The notes beneath the pieces were generated by a model. The model was not told the DNA's origin, made no database searches, and was given only the letters and a program-made list of their open reading frames with translations. The position numbers and the translations under genes are program-made. A DNA stretch of 64,000 nucleotides, taken from the IMG/VR virus record IMGVR_UViG_3300031088_000008, positions 256,001 to 320,000 of that record; one strand, 5' to 3'. Positions within the stretch are counted from its first letter, which is position 1. Every line of letters begins with the position of its first letter. This document shows positions 63,374-64,000 of this stretch, piece by piece. The DNA comes from a virus (taxonomy: Duplodnaviria; Caudoviricetes).

Positions 63374-63808
63374 TTACAGTGAACTCATTTGCCTCTCCAG
63401 TACCTCATCAACGATCGCCAGAAGTTGTGCTTTTTGCACAAGCTGTAGGGCAATTGGGTTGGGAAGAGTAGAGTGGTTGAACTCCAGTTCCACATTACAA
63501 GTGCGGTAACTGAATAAATCCTTGGCCTCAACATCGCCCACTCTTACTAAGAGGTGCAAGGCGCCAAGTTTTGAAAGTTGGGGAAGCAGAAAGTCCTTGA
63601 AGCTTTGGATAAACCAGGGACCGCCCGCCCACTCGATCATGCTCTTGTCAGCAAAGAAGCGGGCCTTGGGCTCTCGCTTGCTTATCTCAAAGACCAGCGC
63701 CTTGCTTTCAAGACAGATGTGGGCTCGCTGTTCGCGTATCTTGCCGCACAATGGCTGACCACGGAATACCCTTGCGGTATCAACGACATTGGGAACCAGC
63801 TTGCTCAT
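63374..63808 (-). CDS. hypothetical protein
   Basis: 144-aa ORF in the local gene orientation. Confidence 0.55.
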   Translation of the reverse strand: MSKLVPNVVDTARVFRGQPLCGKIREQRAHICLESKALVFEISKREPKARFFADKSMIEWAGGPWFIQSFKDFLLPQLSKLGALHLLVRVGDVEAKDLFSYRTCNVELEFNHSTLPNPIALQLVQKAQLLAIVDEVLERQMSSL

Positions 63809-64000
63809 GCAGCCAGCTTATATAAGACAATGGGAAGGACAAGCCTAAACCTGCCCTTCCCAACGGTGGTCTGCCTACCAAGTCTACTAGAATTACCCCG
63901 GGCCGGGTCGCAATCAACTCGGGCTTCTAAGTAAACTTACCTCGCCTTCCCTGCCAGTACCAGAAACCCTAAAGCCCCAATGCTGGACTGTCTACATGAC

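Noticed and set aside
1-64000. Bacterial chromosome or prophage
   Set aside because: Housekeeping-like genes are isolated among short unknown ORFs with phage-type promoter cassettes; no host operons or integrase

Overview
The window looks like part of a large (jumbo-type) lytic phage genome infecting an alphaproteobacterium, most likely Sphingomonadaceae or Caulobacterales (inferred from host-like genes and promoter type). No rRNA, integrase, CRISPR array or core replication or capsid genes are visible. About 130 mostly short genes run on + from 1 to ~21.46 kb and mostly on - from there to the end, converging at ~21,455. Most transcription units start at a repeated sigma70-type cassette ((C/G)(T/C)GGTTGAC...GCTA/GTTA, often followed by AT(A/C)GG(A/C)AAC and GGAGATCGAA). 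A second gene set follows a T4-late-like TAA(A/G)TA motif. Recognisable products: GluRS, class I LysRS, Pth2, YqeY, HD hydrolases, a J-like/NMNAT/PRTase fusion, SleB hydrolase, stand-alone receiver and GAF proteins, a TPM protein, thioesterase, Bfd, a 2H phosphoesterase, a PolA-type exonuclease and two clusters of virion fibre-like proteins. Most unusual: (1) a ~390-nt structured ncRNA ending in a tRNA-like module with an abnormal anticodon arm; (2) a 10x12-bp tandem repeat followed by a candidate small RNA complementary to the next gene's leader; (3) the NMNAT-PRTase fusion; (4) about 12 small proteins sharing a C-terminal DAxxFKL motif; (5) promoters whose -10 box lies in the loop of sequence-variable inverted repeats. 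All calls are by eye; no database search was run, and some starts were moved from the ORF track using RBS and promoter context.
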